Shown here: in pieces, positions 12,001-27,614 of the stretch
Layout of the letters: every line of letters begins with the position of its first letter
How positions within the stretch are numbered: the stretch's first letter is position 1
Assembly (NCBI GenBank): GCA_051294905.1
Contig: CM119379.1
Location: 22,444,001 to 22,508,000, forward strand
From: Botryllus schlosseri
Lineage: Eukaryota
Reading direction: 5' to 3'
Length of the DNA: 64,000 nt
Program-made: the position numbers and the translations under genes
Notes under the pieces: model-generated
Seen by the model: only the letters and a program-made list of their open reading frames with translations
The model's database searches: none
What the model was told of the DNA's origin: nothing

Positions 12001-15000
12001 TATCATAGATTTGAATTACTGTTGATGTGAATTCATGTTTTAGTCACATTTCTTAAAATTAATCACTGAGAACCTCCTTCCAGGATAATAATTTTGTTTC
12101 ATCATCACAAATCTATTTTGGATTTCTCGATACTACAGCATAGTACTTGCAAATAATAGTTTACTGAACATGAAAATTCGATCTTTTGTCTACGGCCTGT
12201 TGCTTGATTCCTAGGTTTTGGAAAAGGCAAAAGCGAATAACGCATTATTGCAAGAAACGTCACTTTCACTGACTTCAGTTAACTTCACCATGGAAGAAAT
12301 GCAGACTACCATAGAGCAGAGAGTAGATGGCATGTTGAAGCTGGCTCAAAACAACTCGGCTAAAATTGCTGCGCTATCTCAAGCAGAAATGGATGCCACG
12401 ATCAAACGTCGAAATATGTAAGCTCTCCAATTCTACATATGTGATTAGTGGCTCGGACCATACAATAATATATTGTATAATTATTGTGTTGAGGTTTTAG
12501 ATCAAGTATTATTACCTCGCTGTTATTTCGTAGGCTCGAGCAGATCGATGAAATAGACAACACTGTTGAATCACTGGTGAACTGGAACGTTAATGAGGAA
12601 GTTATTTTCCGCAAAATTAACAAGTCTCTCGAATCAGTGATGTCTGCAAATCAGGTAACAAGATTGAGCAAGGAATAATTGGTCTGTTTTTGTTGTTTTT
12701 ATTGTTTCATAAGCACGGTATTTTCTTGTCCATTTGGCATTACGTATTCTATTAGGTATATAGTTCTTTAAAACTAAAGCATTTCAGATGCATGAATCGG
12801 CTGTTCAAGATATATTAAACAATATATCCCTGGTTAGCAGTTGGATGACGGATTTATTTCAGAAGATTGAATCTAACGTAAGTAAATGGTAAAGACCATA
12901 TTTTAATGTTGTTTTAAAATGATCTGTTTCTATCTGTTATAGAACAAAAATATTGAGGAACACTCGAGTGCGATATTTGCTTTACAAAATCAATCAAATC
13001 ATCAAAATAACCAGATTAATACACATTGGAATGAAATAGAATTGCTTCACACACTATCAGAGCAATCGTCAGAATATACGAGTACAATACTGGATATGAT
13101 GTCGGCCATGAAGAAAAATCATGTGGGCCATCAAAATGATCTTTCCAGGTGAATATTAACAATGAATTAGTCACAAACAGAATCATTTCTGTACTGTTTC
13201 GCAAAATAGGCATTGGGCCGAGATTCAACGACACCAGAGATTACTGGGTAATGTCACAGAAAATTTGGACGACGCGATAGCTTATCTTCGAGAAACAGAC
13301 AACAAGCTGTCTCGTAAGATTGATGATGCGTTTGAATTGAGCAGCTCCACTATTTCTGAAGTAAATCGTTTGAATTCATCATACGATGAGATGGGAGGTG
13401 ATATCGTTCTTTTGCGATTACAAATGAAAAACTTGACTTTGAAGTCTCAAGAAATGTTTCCAAGGTGGATATCTACCTCGCAATCGATTTAAGCTAGTTT
13501 GCAATATTGGAATTGAAGATTCATTTTCTGAGACCAGTGCACTCAAGACTTTTTTCCAAATGTCTTTTTATAGTATAAAATTGGTTGTATTCACCGAATT
13601 GGTCTGATTTGAGCCTGATCCAGCCATCGCACTGTTAAATGTTCTGCATTCAAGGCTGAAAGAGAATGACGCCAAGTTATCGGCTGCGTTATCGAGAGTG
13701 GAAGACACAAAATTACAGGCTCTGAACGAAAGCTTGGTTAGGCTGCATGTTGCATTTAAGGTACGCTATGTTTGTAGTTATGTGATTTATATGTATATCT
13801 TGAATAAAGAATCACGAGTCTACATCACGGCATAAGCTCTGTGACTCCACTTCGAGGATTGTTCTCTTCTTGTTGCTTTGATTGAAGGTACTGGTTAGTC
13901 GGTGTATTAGTTTGTATGTTCCTTTCAGAACATATCTGCCTTGGCGCAAAGGGACTTGGTGGAATCCAGGGATTTTGACGTACTTTCCGGTACCATTGAA
14001 AATCACGTAACCGAGGTGTTCAGATTGATTATAGATTTGAGGAATTCTTTCAACAAAGACTTGGATATTGCTGCGGCCAATTCGACAGAGGTTATTCGGA
14101 TGATTACAGATCGTCTGTTGAAGCATATTGACGCTCCATTTGTTCACGACAACTGCTCTGATGGTGTTGATTCCAACATGGTAAGACCTATCGGATTCGA
14201 GTACCGCAGAGAGATATATTATAAACGAGAATAGTTTGGATATTTGCATCTCTGCTGAAAACTTGTAGCCCAAGGCTTGGCAATTGGATGTTAACCAAAA
14301 CATTTTTGTGAGCTTTTTAGCTTTCAACCCGTAGCAATGTCAGAGGGACATCTCATGGTCATTATTATCAAGTAGACATATTTTCGTTGGTAATTGTCTT
14401 AAGTCCTAAAATACAGACTTGAAGTCTTAAGTCCTAAAATACAGACTTGAAATCTCAAGTCCTAAAATACAGGTTTGAAGTCTTAAGTCCTAAAATACAG
14501 ACTTGAAGTCTCAAAGTCTGTCATATTTATTCTGTAGCGCTTTAATCCTCAACTTGATTCAAATCTTGATACTGGATTTGTTATAGAATCGTTCAGGTAC
14601 TCGGTGCCGATACTATGTGAGATGTTAATTCTGAAAATTAGACACTTCATTGATGTTGGATTCATACAAGCTTGAGAATGCTAATTTATGGAGTTATAAA
14701 AAAATGAACCGCACCTGACTACCGCCATTCTTATTTCAGTTTGAAACTGTCCTCAGCTGGCAGAATGACAGCATTCAGTCGTTGATGAGCAAAGTCCAAG
14801 GGTATGAAACGAGACTATCGGAAAACGAAAATGTTGTGTCGATTTTGAGGAAGTTTGATGCACGGGTTGTTCAGAATATGTCGGATATAATTGAAAATAT
14901 CCAGACTAGCAACATGACTACACTCTATCTGAAATCCGATTTTGAAAGGTAATTTTTAATTTTGATCGATCATATCTGTGTCCCCAAGCGTTTTTACATA

Positions 15001-18000
15001 GCTTGTTCGAGTATTGTTTGTTTAAAAATAACTTCAAAATTTCAGTCATCGAGCCGTGTTTTATACAACTGAATATAATTCACCTGTCTCATATCAAACG
15101 TTACGCAATAGCAAAAATATTGACAATGTTTTGAATGAATATTAATGAGACGACGAACGATATAACTATGTTTATTCTGTGGAATAATTTTCGTTATTTG
15201 AACAGTCTGTCATAACTGAACAATTTCAGTGTACATTTACAATTACCTTTTTTGCAGACTTGTGCTTGATTCCCAATCAACAATGTCCACGTTTGATGAA
15301 GCAATCATCCTTCTCAAAGAGGAGCTGTCCGACTTGAAAATAGACAATTCAGATCTTCATTTCCAGCTCATGAATGATTCGATACGGTCATCTGCAATTT
15401 TGCAAGAATTTCGTAACAGAACCTTTCAGACTGAAGTAGAAGCTAACAAGTCCAGTGCCGAAATCGAGGCTTGCAAGGAGAAAATAAATGCATTAGGAGA
15501 AAGAATGGATGGTGCTGATGGACATTTCAAAAATAGGTGGGATCTGAATACTTATCCGTTAAATCGCAGCGTAGTTTTTGTTGAAACTGGTACTGTTTCT
15601 GGTTCATAATATCAGAAACAGCTTTGCCGTAATACAATCTGTTGGCAATTTGAGGTGTAGATATATCACATGTGAAAGAATGTCCATGCTATAGAATAAT
15701 GTAGCAAAGAATCGGTATATTTCAAGTCTTTTTATGTTCCAGACTGCAGCAAGTGGAGAATACTTCCCACGCAGGGCAAGAAGAATTGTACAATCTAATC
15801 CAAATTTTGGAAATCGGTATTGATTCGTTGGAGAACGCAACTTCTTCTTGGAACGCTAAAATGTCGGATATGTCACAAAACCTTCACTCTGCAATGGTTC
15901 GGGTGGATGATACAAATGTGAAGCTTGAAATCGTATCTGCGGTTTTGGAGGTCAATGTTGCTCGATATGGACGCATGCTGGAACATCTCTCCGAGTCAAC
16001 GAAAGAAATGGATATGAAACTGAATTTGAGGTAGGTAATTCTTCATTCTGAGTATCCCACTTGTTAAACTGAGTAGCTCAGCTGAATTAATGACCTAATA
16101 ATCGTTTCACTGGCTACCATTTCCCTGTATTATTTTATTGTGGAAAATAACTCTAGCCCTTCTGCTGGTCTGTCAAAATCTAGCACTGGTGGTGATATCG
16201 ATAGTGTTATTATCACTGGTATAAAATGTTCATTGCTCAACCTCAACTACTTACTCATGTTATTATATTCAGTTTGTGCATACCTCAGATTTTTCATGTT
16301 CTTTTAATATTGTTAGTAGGCCACCGTAGGTGCTTGACTGAAAGGCTGTTCCAAATTGTTTCCAATTCCACTTCTCTGCGTCTTTTATTGTATTGCAATC
16401 TTAGAGGTGTTCAACTGATCAGAATATTAATAATGAATGAATAGATAAGAAATGGCATTGAACAAATGGAAAATTCAGACAGAAATCGTAGGTTAAAAAG
16501 TGCTTATTAGTGAATTCTTTGCTAGAGACGATCTTATTGAAGAATTAAATCTGTTTAAACACTCCTGTGCAGAGAATTGGCTGAGGCAAAACTGGAAAGT
16601 GCAATTGAAGCTCTCAGTCTGAACGCTACCCGCGAATCAAAAGTGATTGGAGATATACAGCAATTCTTGCAAGTATGAAATGACGGTTATGTTCTGATTG
16701 AAATTCCACTTCGTGACTTATTTATTAAAGCCGATTTCATTAAGGGTGTCGCAAGAAACCAAAGCGACATACAGAATGATATCGCATATCTTGACAATAC
16801 CTACGACACCCTGAACAAAGAGATCACCAATAATGATGAACGTTACCAGCAACAATTTTCTGAAAGTCAAACAACTTTTGAAGATGGAATGTCAAAGATT
16901 AAAAATGACACGACGCATTTGAAAGCTGGCATTTTGGAACACGGGAAGAGGATTCAGAAGTTAGAATTTGAAGTATGAGAGTGTGAAATTTGTAGTTGTT
17001 TTCTCTACTGAGTTCGATGATTGTTAACTGTGTATTGCACTCTCAATAAGTTTTTCATAGAGCTTATATTCTATACGTGATGTACTATCAACTTTCAACT
17101 TTTACCTCTTTATTCATAGCACTTGGGTTTGCTGAAGCGGCAATCTGAAATGTCGAATTTCGAGCGAGATTTGCAACAAAGTCACGTCAATTTGTCGAGT
17201 TACGTTATCAAGTCTCAGGCGCAAAACGGCGAAAAATTCCTCACGCTATTGGGTATGACATCCAAGATCTCAAACGATACTGACGTCAATAAAGTTGGCG
17301 TTGACAGGTGTTTATGTTTGTTTCTTCAATGCAGGACTATAAAATTATGTTTTATTGAATTTTATGATAGGTATGATCAATTTCTAAGATTACACAATCT
17401 GATGTCTGGAAAACAGTTTGTCTGCATTTATTATTCAAGAATTTTAAAACTTCCAATATGGCTCTATTTGTATAGAGCTAATTGTTTTTACCATCTATCA
17501 CTGATTACCTTGGGTTTCATCTACTTTGGCAGATTGCGTGATGTAGCGGAGGACAATAAAATCAGGCTGCATTCTATTGAATCTAATGTTTCTGTTTTGG
17601 GAGATGATCTGTCTAATCTAAGTGGGATCACTGCGTCTGGTCAAAAGAGAATGGACCGTTTGTCAGCTGACATCGATGTTTTGCAAATGGACATGGAGCG
17701 ATTCAACTCCTCAATTGCTCAGGTCATGGATGACAATCTAAGAAAGTCTGTTGATTATGTAACTGTTGAATAGTCATTGTACCAAACTCAAGGTTGGTTT
17801 TCATAGAAATCATGCGATTGAAGAAAAAGTAATCACGCTGAACCAAAGTGTCGGTGATACTGCACAGTCACTGCATACTCTGGAGAGATTGTTGCAGAAT
17901 CTGACGGTTAATTATACAGTAATGCGGTTTGATATAAAAGTGAGCAATCGCGTTATTATTTTAGTTGCGTCCCATTGAAATAAATATGTTTCAGGGGCGT

Positions 18001-21000
18001 TTCGCTGATCTGGAAGCACTTACCGGTCTACAACAGAGTAAATTGAATTCGCACGCTGGTAATCTACAAACGTTATTGAATCGTACTGACTCGCTAATTC
18101 AGAATCAGAAGCAACATTCGGAAATGATTGTCCAGGTGGTCTTATTTTGCAATATACATGTAGAAGTTTTATAGGGCATGCTGTGCGACTTTGTTGTAAT
18201 AATTCCACTTTAACAGCTCAAATGCCATTGTCATATCATTTTGAAAGGCCAGGCCATTATAGATGTCATTTCTTGCCTTGGTATCATGATTTTTTTTCAG
18301 AATTCCGCGCAAATATCTGATGGTATTGGGACGCAATCGGGAATCAAAAGATCAATGATCAAGTTATATAATACAACTGGTGATAACCATGTGCAAATAC
18401 AATCTTTGCGGTTGACTCAATCAAAAATGAAGGATGCTTTTAAGATTCTCAACTCTACGCAAGAAAAGTAATGCCACTATGTTTTTGCGATAATTGTTAT
18501 ACAGAAGTTTATAATCTCTAAATATTCATTACATCTTCGTAAAGTTTCTCTCATCAAGTTTCCTATGATCAGTTATTTGATATTAGAATACCCTCCTGCC
18601 TATGGAATATCTATCCTGAATCATTCGCGTATAACAACTTCATTTCCAGAACGTCAGATGAGATTTCTGCTACGAATTCCAAGATGTCTTCCGAGTTGGA
18701 GATTATCAAATCAAGTATCGATGCAACAAATCAAGATTTACATCTTCAGTCCGAACAGATAAACAACATATCTGATGATGTAGAAGCCTTGTCCAAAACG
18801 TCTCTGGATATTGCAGCGAATTTATCTGATGAGTAATATCGGTCTTGTGATGCTACTTTCCAGCATGATTACGTTTGCTTTTTTTCATTTAGACACGCCT
18901 TCGTGGAAAAAATTGCTCGCGACCTGCGCAGAGCTTCGGAAAAAGTTGAGAATCAAGAAATGACGTTGACGTCGCTGAATTCGTCGTACCATGATAACAT
19001 AAAGGTGATTGTCGCAGTGAATATCTGTAGCATTTTAGATAGGCAATGATAGAGAGAAAATTATTGAGACAAGAGTTTATATAATATTCAAGAGAGCATT
19101 GAAGCAGTTTTCATGTCTAAATTCATATGAAATATTCCTAATAATGGACCAACTCCCGAAGTTTCTACTTGTCTGCTGCTCTATTTGCATTGAAAGAGGA
19201 TTTTAAGAACTTGATCTCATTTCAGGATTTAAAGGAAAACCTGGATGAATTCAAGTCGGGTCAAAGATCGATGTCCAACGAATTCCGGATGTTTCAAGAC
19301 AAGCTGGGATCGTTTGAATCTGCAGCCCGCGAAAATTTCCTTCAGCTAAATGATTCGGTACACAAAAACTTGGAATCCATCTCTATCCTCGAGGAGCAAT
19401 CGAATGAAGTTGAAGAACGAGTTGATAACTTGTTTGAAAACGCCAAGACTTGGGATGTGGCTTCAGAAAATCTAAAGCTTGCTGTAAGTAAATTCGTAGT
19501 CGTTAGCATCTTTTTGATGGCTTTGATGCCAAACGAATATACCGCATCTGCAGAATTTGTTATGCTGTAACGTGGATGCATGATGTTACTGTATGCATTC
19601 TGTAGATGGAAGATTTGAGATTGGTTCAAGAAAATCTTCGAGATCAAGAAACACAAGTGCGCCTACACAATTCCACATTCAGCGATGTATTTGATACAAT
19701 GTCAAAATCTCAAGACGCTCATACGCAACTCAGTCGAGTTGTACACAATGTAAAGCAAGACATTGATAGTCTCCAGGATAGCACCACGCGTTATATAGCA
19801 AACAACACCAGGTAATATGCGTTGTTTTAAAACCGGTATAGCTGGTTTTTCAAGTAGTTAAAGAAATCCTATTAGTGATTGGTTTGTGCTATGTATTCAT
19901 GGATCTGTTTAAACTTTACTAGTTACTAGTCATCTAAAGATTGATTTTAATATTTGTCATATATGCCCAACGACACTCCCGTCATTTCGTGTCAGACCGG
20001 CTTGCATCCATTATATTCCCAAGTAGAGAGTTTGAAGAGAGTCCTAGAGCTACAGAACTTCTATATACAGTTGAATAGTATACCCATACTTACATAAACC
20101 CATTAGTAACTAGTATAGAATTGAAAACATATCCAATGTTCTGTGTATCTAGTGTGTATGTTCATTGTATATCTTTTCAATTCTCTACTGGTTGCCGACG
20201 ATTACCCCTGATGACTGTCAGCCAAGAATATCCAGGTTTATTTCAATATGAATATACAATTCAATTCTGTAAAGACGGTTTGTATCTTGGTCTTTACCCA
20301 CGCATTTAATAAACAATAACCTCTAAGCTAGTCTGGACGTGGTATCAGCGAATAATTTTCCAAGTCCTTGCAATAAGGTCGCGATTTTGCAGGCGAGAAT
20401 CGCTACTTCGAGCCCAAGCTGAAGAAAACTCGCGCACAAGCCTCGAAATCGGGTGGATGAAGGAAAAACTAAGGAACCTCACTAGCGACGACACGGATTT
20501 CGAGGAAGAATTGAAAAACACGTCTAACGCGCTTCGCGTCCTTGCAGCAAGAACTGCAAACCAAAGCATTGCGCTTCGTTTGATCAGTGATGAAAATGAA
20601 GTTCAAAGGAATCAGTTCCAAAAAAGATTAGATAACATTTCGATTTCGTTGATGCAAACTCATGCTGAGTCTTCCGTCGGGTAAGACACCGTAATATTTG
20701 GCCGATTAGAAATGTGAAGTACTTCTGTTCATTATATGGGATCTTCATGGGTAAATGCTTCAACACCGCTGTAAACACAACCATTCTCTGATGTTAGTGA
20801 TATGTTATAAATGTCATAATTGCCTTTATAGGTCTAATCGTGTGCGGGCACTGGAAAGCAAGTATAGCAGGCTATTTGATGAAGTCGTAAATAATACGAT
20901 GGAGATTGCGAATAACAAAATGCGAGACAAGGGAATTATCGCACGAATCATGGTATTTTCAATCCTGGTGTTGTGTCCTAATAGATATGTGATACACTGT

Positions 21001-24000
21001 TTCCATGGTACTTTTGCAGAAACTCGATGATTCCACTGCCGATACAAGCCGGAGTTTATCCGAATCTGACATGAGATCGACCCATTTTGAAAAGATAATG
21101 GGCAATCGGACTAACGAGCTGGAGCGATCGGTGGAGGACTTACGTAGCAATTTGTCGTATTCGACAAAAAATCTGGAAAATTCGCTCCGCATTAGCATCC
21201 AAACAAATTCAGATGGAATCAAGGATTTGAGAACGGTTACTAATGAACTCAATGCCAAGCAAGATGCGATTAGTCAAAGAATTTCAAACCTGGTAAATAA
21301 CTCTGACCTCGTGAATATTTTCAAAGTTTAATTTAATTCAATATTAACAGACACGGCATATCAGCATCCGTGCAAGTGACGCCGCCGCCAAGAATTTAGC
21401 TCAAGATCTAGAGGCTGAGGTAAAATACAGATTTTTGTTGTTCAGAGTGTATGTAGTTGATTGAATATGTTGGCTGTGTTTATTGCAGGTGCTAAAAGAG
21501 AATCTAGGCGATGTGGTCGACAGCATGAGACTCATTCAGGGCGTCAGTAACGATATCTCGCACAATGTCGACGAAATATCTACTAGTTTGGAAAACGCAG
21601 TGATGGAAATCCAAAACAACGTTGCCACTTCAGTCCAAACTTTAAAGTCATCTGTATCGGAGGATATCGCAGCCAACAAAAATCAAATTGAATTACTGTC
21701 CGAGTCTATACAAGCTCAAGGCGAGATCGATGGGTTCTTTCAGAGATTGCTGGATAATTTGGTACTTGATTGACGACGGTACTTGTGAATTGATAACTTT
21801 TTATACATCAGTTTCACAGACGGACACTTTGAAAGCAGATGTAGCCCACCAGTGGGAGAATATTGCTGTGAGTTCGATTTGAGATACATTTTGATTTTTG
21901 TTTAGGGCTTTATTTTTGTTGCGTACTCTGGAATAATATAGACTTATCAAATATGCTTCTATCAAGCATCTTGGAGGTACAGAACTTTAACATACAATTG
22001 AATAGTATATTCATATTGAAATGAAACCAAATATTTTTGGCTGACACTCGTCAGGGGTAATCGTCAGCAACTATTAGAGAAGTGGAAAGAACATGGTATA
22101 CCAACAATCGTGTCACGAAATATGGCGTCACGGGCAAGAAATTTCGAATAATCAGGGCGAGAGAGAGCTTAAACTTGATGTACCATTTTTAGATGGTACA
22201 CGATTTTTAGAGGTACCATCTAAAAATAGTACCTCAAGTATGAGCTGTCTCTTCTGGGAAATATTCAGGCTCATCTCGATGTGAATGTACTATTATATTC
22301 TATCAAGCAATTGACCATGTGTGGAAATTGTTTTGTTTGTTTGTGCATCGTTAGGATCTTCGCAATGCTACACAAATTGCAAACAGACAGGTTGATCATC
22401 GCTATTCCACAATTTACCGGCAAGTCCGAAGCAATCAACGTGACTTCGCTTCCTTGAGCAATCAAAGTGCAGATCTTGCCGAAGAGCAAGAAACAATTCG
22501 CAGCTTGCTTAGCAACGAAACAGAGAGAATTACATTACTGAGAAAAGCATTAGATATCGCCTTGAGCGAAGTGGGGCGAAACACCAAGAATTTAACTCGT
22601 TTGGTGAGTAGGTTTATTTGTTTAAGGTTGCAGAAACGGAGGGAAAAATTATTTTGTGTTTCAGGATGAACGTCTCGCAGATTTGGACTTGACGATATCC
22701 GATCGACTCCATAATCAAAGCGTTAGCATTGAGGTGAGAACTCGTGTGCTGAACTAAACATAGGTTGCTATTATACTTGATACAAACATCTTCTAGTGAA
22801 AAATAGATCCTTAGCATTGATTTATCATGTCTCCATATATCATTTTAACAGAAATCTTGTCTTATACGTCTTGCCTTGGAATAGATTTTTTCATTTTAGC
22901 AATCTAGACGGGTGTGTTATTTTTTAGCTACTTCGCGATTTCGATGAGACGTCAAGAATCGATTCAGTCGATCTTGAATCGCATCTTGCAACATTGGAAG
23001 GAAGGTTTGGCAGTTTCATGAACGAAACCTCGCATGAACTCAAGGACACGCGTCGCACAGCGGCTGGATTGGTGACCTCATTGGAAAGGTTTATCAATAA
23101 AACTTTGAACGATGCGTTCAATCAAATTGACGCCCTAACTGATGCCGCTAATATGGCCACAGTCAATGTGTCGACCAATCGGCAGTATATTGTGTCTTTG
23201 GTAAGTTTGACTTGCTTTGTTAGTGAGAACATTGCATGTATGTTGTTAAAATGTAGCTCAAACCTATGTGTAGCGACCCTGATACAGCGCTATAGACCTA
23301 ACAGGGACGTCGTTGTTTTTCGGTTCGGAACCCCTCTCGTCGGCGACCCGCTACCACCAGCATGCCATCAAAAACATCCAGATGATTTACAAGTTACCAA
23401 TTTAATTACAAGCCAAACCTTAATACAACCAAATACTCTAATCAGTACCTCACAGAGATATACAGGTACTACGCTACACTACTAGTACAACTACACAGTA
23501 CACAGTACACAAGCATTACAAAGCTCCCTACTGTACGACCTCGCACTTAAAACCACGTGCAGCCAGAAACGCAAAGAACATTATACCAGCTTCCACGAAG
23601 GAAGTTCACACTAGCCAATCAACTGTGACAAAACAATGCAATCACTGAGCCATTACATTAATCAATTACAAGGATGTTACACTATGCCTGCTACCAGAAT
23701 AGACCACGGTCCTGACTATGGGTGCAGAAATTTTTAATCACAGTATTCATTTTCAATAAAGACTTGGCTAATCTTTCAGATTGGAAACTTGTCGACTGTG
23801 AGCACTGATATGCAATTGGTAATGAGCCGTCAGCATCAATACGTTGACGCAGTACGATTGCTACGATCTCTCCAGAATGAGACAGAACAACAAGTCGAGA
23901 TATTATCGGACGAAATGTTGCGTTTACATGATCGGACAAGCCGCTGTGAAATAGGATTGGAAAGGTATGTGATTTTTATTGGATGGTGTAGGCCTAGTTC

Positions 24001-27000
24001 CAATTGTTCATTGAAATATGGATAGTTTTCTTTTTGGGTTCCACTACGACTGAATGTAATTGCAACCCTCATAAGCAAGATATGTGCGGTCTGATGCATG
24101 TGCAATTTGTCTTGTGCATATGCACAGTTAGAAGTGTTCAGCTATGAGTATTATCAATCACATTAAACATGACATGCCTTATCTGAGGATCTTCTTAGAG
24201 GTACGGAATTGAAATAAACCCGAATATTTTCGGCTGACACTCGTCAGGGGTAATCGGCAGCAACTCGTAGAGAATTTAAAAGAACATTGTAAGATACATT
24301 GATATACAATATTCTTTTCAATTCTCTACTAGTTGCTGGCGATTGTCAGCCGACAATTGTAAGGTTTATTTCAATATGAATATACAATACAATAGTACAT
24401 GCGTTATCATTGCCAATTTCACAACCCTTGAAGCCCACACAGGGTTTGAGCTTCTTTATCGATTTCAGACATACCGCAAACATTATATCTCAAGAAAATA
24501 GCCTTGAGAACATTACCGTACTCCTGGACAGGACAAGGAAGAAGGTTTTTCGACAAGGAGATGACCTAGGCCGTACGAGTGTCGAGTTGAAAATCCAAAG
24601 ACGAGGAATATCGGACTTGAACGAAACAATCCAATCGCTACGGTCGTTTGATGTTGAAGCACAGCGGAATATTTCGACCATAGATGCAGTATGGCAAGGG
24701 GCGAGAAATCAGTTTGAGCAATTTGTGAATTTTAGCAGCGATTTGGCTTTAAAAAGGTTGGTGGGAACAAAATTGTACTTACGTATGGAACGGATGTAGT
24801 AATGTCTTGAAATTAACAGCTGTGACTTATTTCAGTGAGATTGTGGGTGATAGCTCAAAACTTCCTATCAAACTTGTTATCTCTTTTCATAGTGAAGAGT
24901 CGCTATCTCGGCTGCAGTCGAATCTTACAGCTATCGAAGAAGAGCGGATATCTAATGATAAAATAATGCAGCGATATAACTCAACCCTGTCGGCGATGGA
25001 GCGAAAAATTCAGGTTTCAATTCCGTTCTAGAAGCTTACAAATTGAACCAAGCAATCTATTTTGATATTTAGGAACTCGGCGACGCCTCGCTATCTACTA
25101 GACAGAAAATGAACATGTCTGAGACCCGAATTGACCAAACTCGAGAGCTACTAGCCAATCTTTCGTTGGTGCAGAGGGATATTGGTACAGATATTGCCAG
25201 GAATAACCGTACGCTACGTCAGCATTGGGAGTCGATCGCGGAAGTGAATTCGTCACAAAGCACTGTACTCAATGCCGTGAATTTATTGAATACTTCTCTC
25301 ACACAGCTGAGGATCGGAATCGATTTGAGAATGACGTAATTTTTATTTTTGCGAAGGGAAATCCAATTCAGGATTACACTCTTTCTATTGCCGATGTGTA
25401 TTTATTACTCTAAATTGCGGTTCATGATAGTATATTCACTGGCAAACAATGCCTGGAATTTACAATTCAGAAATCGATGGATGATCACTATGGCGATTTT
25501 ATTTACCTAAAAAAGGGAAGATTTTGACCTAAAAAATCAAAATTTTGACATTTTTTTACCTTAATAAACTTATTTTGGACTCATGTATGTGAACTAGGTG
25601 TTTTCCCGCATAATGTTAGAATTGTGTTACTTATCTCCATTTCTGGTTGGAACTGTCTGTCCTTACAAAGTAGTTTGGCCTGAACAAACTTATTTGACTT
25701 GAAAACTGACAAATTTTTACATGAAAATACTTCATTTTAACAAAATCTGGATCTATGAGAATTCTGGTAGTTACATCACGCATTGTGGTAGGAATAATTA
25801 TCATTTTGTTGTAGTACACGAAAGATACTTTCCTACATTCTCGAGTAGAAAGTGTCTGTCCTTACCAAGTAGCTTGCCAAGAATGGAGAAAGAACGTTCA
25901 ACAGAATACATACACTGCTGTGTTGCTTCATTCTGACAATGCTGTCTACATGGCAATTTTCCATCTTGCGCTTCTTGATATAAGAACCAATGCCCACGCA
26001 GTCTTGCTTCAGTTAGGATATTGCAGTACGTTCAGCACAACACCATGTCAACCTATTTGTTTCATTTGGCCGTTTATGATTCACAACAAGCAGATAATGG
26101 GCCGTCTACAATGGTAGGCCTATAAAGCAGGCTAGAAGCTGTAAAATGTCAAATGATAAGTTCACCGACAGTGCAAACATTTATGATACAAACGAAATGC
26201 AGGTGGGAAAACCTGTTTGACGTTGTAAACAATTTTGACAATTTTTGACCTACCTCTACGATTTTGACAAAATTTTAACTTATTCTGACCTGTCAAAAAA
26301 TTCGCCCTAATGATCACATTTTGCAATAATAATATCATCTTTCAGAATAAAAATATGGATAAAAGTTATATTTACTCCAGACTGCCCAATGTTTTGCAGA
26401 CAAAATCTGGAAGAACAGGCCAGCAAGTTGACCTCTATCCTCGATCAACTTGCGGCTATGTTTAATGAGACCAGGCGAAATTTTAAGAGCGTAGAAAAGA
26501 AACTTCGCGACAACAGATTTGACATAAAAAGAATTGGCGACGGCACAGACGCAATTGCTACAGAGGCCAGATCTGAAATTGGACTTCTCCGTTGTAAAAT
26601 GACCGATCTCCAAAACTTCTCCGAGACTCTGAACGAAACAGTGATTCTGAAATATTTGGAGATGAATTCAAGGTAAATTTTGCAAATTTCAATTTCAACT
26701 TCTATAATTGTTTAATTGCTATCCTGTGTACTGAAATGAGTTGAAACAGTTACTTTTTATTTCTGTTCCTATATTTTTTCCGTGTATTTTACTGATTTTA
26801 TTGACTTCATCTAGATCGGCAGAAATCTATTTTAAAATGTTGCAATTTTCATTAGACAATACTCGACGGAGGAGAAAGTATCTAAAATTGCAAACAAGAC
26901 GTTGGAATATTCATTACTGACAAATCGACGCCATATATCTCAAGATGAAGCGACTAGTAAATTGACCGTGAGCTATTTACTATAGCCGTTTATAGCTTCT

Positions 27001-27576
27001 CAGAGGTACAGAACTTCAATATATTCATATTGAAATGAACCCGAGTATTTTCGTCTGACACTCGTCAGTGGTAATCATCAGCAATTAGTAGAGAATTGGA
27101 AACAATATTAAAATTTACGTGCATGACATCTCCCAGGATTTGTGATTACTGATTATATTGGATTATTAATTATTATCCAAGCAAACTGTTCGGAATAGAT
27201 TTATGAGTAATGAATTGTTAATCATCTGGAATGCAATACCACCACATATCCGTGAATTGCCTTATAATAGATTCAAAAAAGCCCTACTTGATCACCTCTT
27301 GTCGTTACACTAACACTGCTGCCCTACCTCGCCCAGACATTGCTTCGATCATTTGCCACCATTGTTTAATTTTTTTTCTATTTTCCTTCAACTAAACATT
27401 TCTTTACAGCCAGACTGTTCAGAGTCAAGTGTACCTGTTTGATGCTGGTGTGATCAGACTAGATGACCTTCACGGTCTTATCGATCATTCCTATCTAATA
27501 CCGAATACTGTGCACGCATATTTTCTGTACCACCATCACTGCCGTTTGTTATGTATTTTGGTTCGATGAAAATAAA

Positions 27577-27614
<38 letters not shown>

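Noticed and set aside
13812-14327. Longer minus-strand ORFs (also 47994-48350, 59133-59459, 30684-31049, 19342-19656)
   Set aside because: They are antisense shadows of coiled-coil exons with no domain motifs, and they cross the plus-strand splice sites.
16444-16489. Candidate small exon IRNGIEQMENSDRN
   Set aside because: Its phases do not fit; the exon ending near 16032 (phase 2) joins directly to the exon at ~16573.
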